From Geopsychrobacteraceae bacterium (GTDB lineage Bacteria; Desulfobacterota; Desulfuromonadia; Desulfuromonadales; Geopsychrobacteraceae), in the NCBI GenBank assembly GCA_963676795.2, contig CAXXTB010000002.1:992001-1056000 (forward strand): a DNA stretch of 64,000 nt, in the 5' to 3' direction. The translations under genes and the position numbers were made by a program. Below are positions 61,715-64,000 of the stretch, one piece after another; position 1 is the stretch's first letter; the number at the start of each line of letters is the position of its first letter. Under the pieces are notes generated by a model, which saw only the letters and a program-made list of their open reading frames with translations, searched no databases and was not told the origin of the DNA.

Positions 61715-64000
61715 AAAGCCTCAAGGACGTGATCAGTACCGATAGCCACAGGTACGACAGCCTGACACAGCGCTGTCTGACCTTTCTGCGTTGTCTGCCG
61801 ATTGCTGAACTGAGACGTCTTGAAATGGTCACTGACACTGTGCACCGCCAGGTGGAAAAGGGCGCCAAGAATGCTCAGATCAGCTATGTCCGGGCCTTTC
61901 AGGAGTTGCGGCGCCAGATAAAAAGCGAGTTGGTTCCCGATGGGCTTGCGGCGACGCCGCCGCTGCAGCGCAGAAGTATGGCTGCCGCCGAGTTTCGCAG
62001 CTTTTTTTTGCCTGGCCAGAAGACAGAACGCCATCTGCCAACTGCCGACAGTCGCCCGGACCCCGCTGTTCACCGCGGTTGGCGCAGCAGAGCAATCCGG
62101 ATTCGCAGCCTCCTTGCGCTGCTGGTTATCGTTCCTTCAGTGGTCGCCGCCTGGGGTGTGTCAACTGTTTTGCCTTATCATGGAGCGTCGCTGCTCGAGA
62201 AACTGCTGGTCATTGTCTCCGGGATCCTCTTCGCCTGGGTTTCCGTCGGTTTCTGGGTCGCCCTGATCGGGACCCTGACCCTGTTCAGGGGGCGCTGCCA
62301 TTGCCTGGCAGATGCAACCTTGCCGGGATCCTCTGGTGAGATTGCCCCGGAGTGCCGTACCGCCTTGCTGTTTCCGATCTGTGGTGAGGATATGCGCCGG
62401 GTCAGTGCCGGTATTTTCGCAGTCTATCAGTCGCTGAAGAAAACCGGTCAGATCGACAGATTCGACTTTTTTCTGCTGAGCGATTCTCGCGATCCGGACG
62501 CCTGGGTTAATGAGGAGGTCTTCTGGCGCCAGCTGTCTCAGGATCTCGGCGATCCGGGAAATATCTTTTACCGGCGCAGGCGCCTGAATCTGAAACGTAA
62601 AAGCGGCAACATCGCCGACTTCTGCCGGCGTTTTGGAGCCGGCTACCGGTACATGGTGGTTTTTGACGCCGACAGCGTGATGTCCGGTCAGACCCTGGTG
62701 CGCATGGTCGAGCTGATGGAGATGCACGATCATGTCGGGATTCTTCAGACCCCGCCGGCGGTTATCGGCCGCGAGACGCTGATTGCCCGGATGCAGCAGT
62801 TTGCCAGCCGGGCCTATGGTCCTATCTATGCGGCCGGACTGCATAGCGTTCAGCAGGGGGATGGCAGTTTCTGGGGGCATAACGCGATTCTGCGTGTCGC
62901 TCCTTTCATGAAATATTGTGGTCTGCCGCGCCTGTCGGGTAAAGCGCCTTGGGGGGGCGATATCCTCAGCCACGATTTTGTCGAATCGGCCCTGATGCGG
63001 CGTGCCGGATGGAGCATCTGGCTGGTTTACGATCTGGGGGGGTCCTATGAAGAGCCGCCGCCGACCCTTCTCGATGAGTTGTCCCGTGACCGGCGTTGGT
63101 GCAGCGGCAATCTGCAGCATTTCAGGCTGCTGTTCGCCAGAGGTTTCTCCGGAGCACATCGCTGGCTGTTTCTGAACGGGATCATGAGTTATCTGTCGGC
63201 CGCACTCTGGTTTCTGCTGCTGATCCTGTCCTCCTTGACGGTCATGATTCAGGCCTTTACCCCGCCTGAATATTTTTCCCAGGGGCGCAGCCTGTTTCCG
63301 CAATGGCCGGTTTGGGATCCATTGGGGCCTGCGATCCTGCTGGCGATAACGGCGATCCTGCTCTTTCTCCCTAAACTGCTCGCGTTCCTGGTCATTATCC
63401 GGCAGCGTCGTACCAATGAATACGGCGGTGTTGCCGGAATGCTGGCCAGTTTGCTGTTGGAAATGTTCCTCTCCGCCTGTCTGGCACCGATCCGGATGTT
63501 TTTTCACAGCCGCTTTGTGGTCATGGTTCTGCTCAGGCGCAAATCGGGCTGGAATCCCCAGAACCGGGATGACGCCGGTACGCCCTGGCGCGAAGCCGCC
63601 CGCTGCCATCTGTCGTCGACCCTGGTGGCCCTGATCTGGGGAGCAGTCATGTTGCCGTTGAATCAGACCTTCTTCTATTGGCTCTGTCCGGTTTTGCTGC
63701 CGCTGCTCTTTTCTATTCCGATTTCCGTTGTGACCAGTCGCAGGAGCTGGGGGCGCAACGTGAGGAAACTGAGGCTGTTCCTGGTCCCCGAGGAGGTCGC
63801 ACCACCAGCTGAACTGGTCACCATGGTCAACAAGCAGTGGGATCTGGGGATGGCAATTACACCATTGCGCCTTCACGCTACCGATGGCTTTGTCCGCGCT
63901 GTTCTGAACCCTCAGATCAACCAGTTGCACCGGCGTCTGCGCGGTCGTATGTCGCGTTTGAAGATTCCCGCCGAAAAGCGCTTTATGCTGATGAGAAAAG
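61711..64000 (+). CDS. opgH: Glucans biosynthesis glucosyltransferase H (partial, runs off the window end)
   Basis: ATG 61711 overlaps the opgG stop (ATGA); my translation gives RKSGNIADFC, VFDADSVM, FWGHNAI, ILSHDFVE, RDRRWCSGNLQH. Missing from the track because it has no stop in the window. Confidence 0.94.
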   Translation, partial: MKSLKDVISTDSHRYDSLTQRCLTFLRCLPIAELRRLEMVTDTVHRQVEKGAKNAQISYVRAFQELRRQIKSELVPDGLAATPPLQRRSMAAAEFRSFFLPGQKTERHLPTADSRPDPAVHRGWRSRAIRIRSLLALLVIVPSVVAAWGVSTVLPYHGASLLEKLLVIVSGILFAWVSVGFWVALIGTLTLFRGRCHCLADATLPGSSGEIAPECRTALLFPICGEDMRRVSAGIFAVYQSLKKTGQIDRFDFFLLSDSRDPDAWVNEEVFWRQLSQDLGDPGNIFYRRRRLNLKRKSGNIADFCRRFGAGYRYMVVFDADSVMSGQTLVRMVELMEMHDHVGILQTPPAVIGRETLIARMQQFASRAYGPIYAAGLHSVQQGDGSFWGHNAILRVAPFMKYCGLPRLSGKAPWGGDILSHDFVESALMRRAGWSIWLVYDLGGSYEEPPPTLLDELSRDRRWCSGNLQHFRLLFARGFSGAHRWLFLNGIMSYLSAALWFLLLILSSLTVMIQAFTPPEYFSQGRSLFPQWPVWDPLGPAILLAITAILLFLPKLLAFLVIIRQRRTNEYGGVAGMLASLLLEMFLSACLAPIRMFFHSRFVVMVLLRRKSGWNPQNRDDAGTPWREAARCHLSSTLVALIWGAVMLPLNQTFFYWLCPVLLPLLFSIPISVVTSRRSWGRNVRKLRLFLVPEEVAPPAELVTMVNKQWDLGMAITPLRLHATDGFVRAVLNPQINQLHRRLRGRMSRLKIPAEKRFMLMRK

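Noticed and set aside
62002..62009. T8 tract in opgH as a phase-variation site
   Set aside because: In frame (Phe-Phe-Leu) and short enough to arise by chance.

Overview
Mostly core chromosome of a Desulfuromonadales-type deltaproteobacterium (inferred from gene order and content such as romR-valS, frdCAB and fur-feoB-ideR). Positions ~1-7400, downstream of a tRNA-Ala(GGC), look accessory and are partly lower in GC by eye. They hold a decayed IS600-like IS3 element fused to an IS30 end, and a minus-strand cluster: orphan cobT, orphan Tat-exported LivJ-type binding protein, a CobW/COG0523 homologue lacking all GTPase and metal-binding motifs, an IclR regulator and a small hypothetical gene. 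Two candidate sigma54 promoters sit in this cluster. It is my best candidate for an undescribed system. The rest: selA-selB-selD (SelD has an in-frame UGA/Sec and a SECIS-like hairpin) plus an unannotated 59-aa TatA-like gene; purC; ppiD-like; mreBCD-mrdA-rodA; a 140-bp palindromic MITE-like element; rarA; nadK-recN; secA; a hybrid kinase; argJ-deoC-deoB; mucR; dgt; two CheW-like genes and a RomR homologue with a ~600-aa acidic linker; valS; frdCAB; a GGDEF protein; degQ-tlpA-ccdA; fur-feoB-(Cys-rich)-ideR; prfB with its +1 frameshift; guaB-guaA; opgG-opgH (opgH runs off the window). All calls come from reading the sequence and remembered family motifs; no searches were run.
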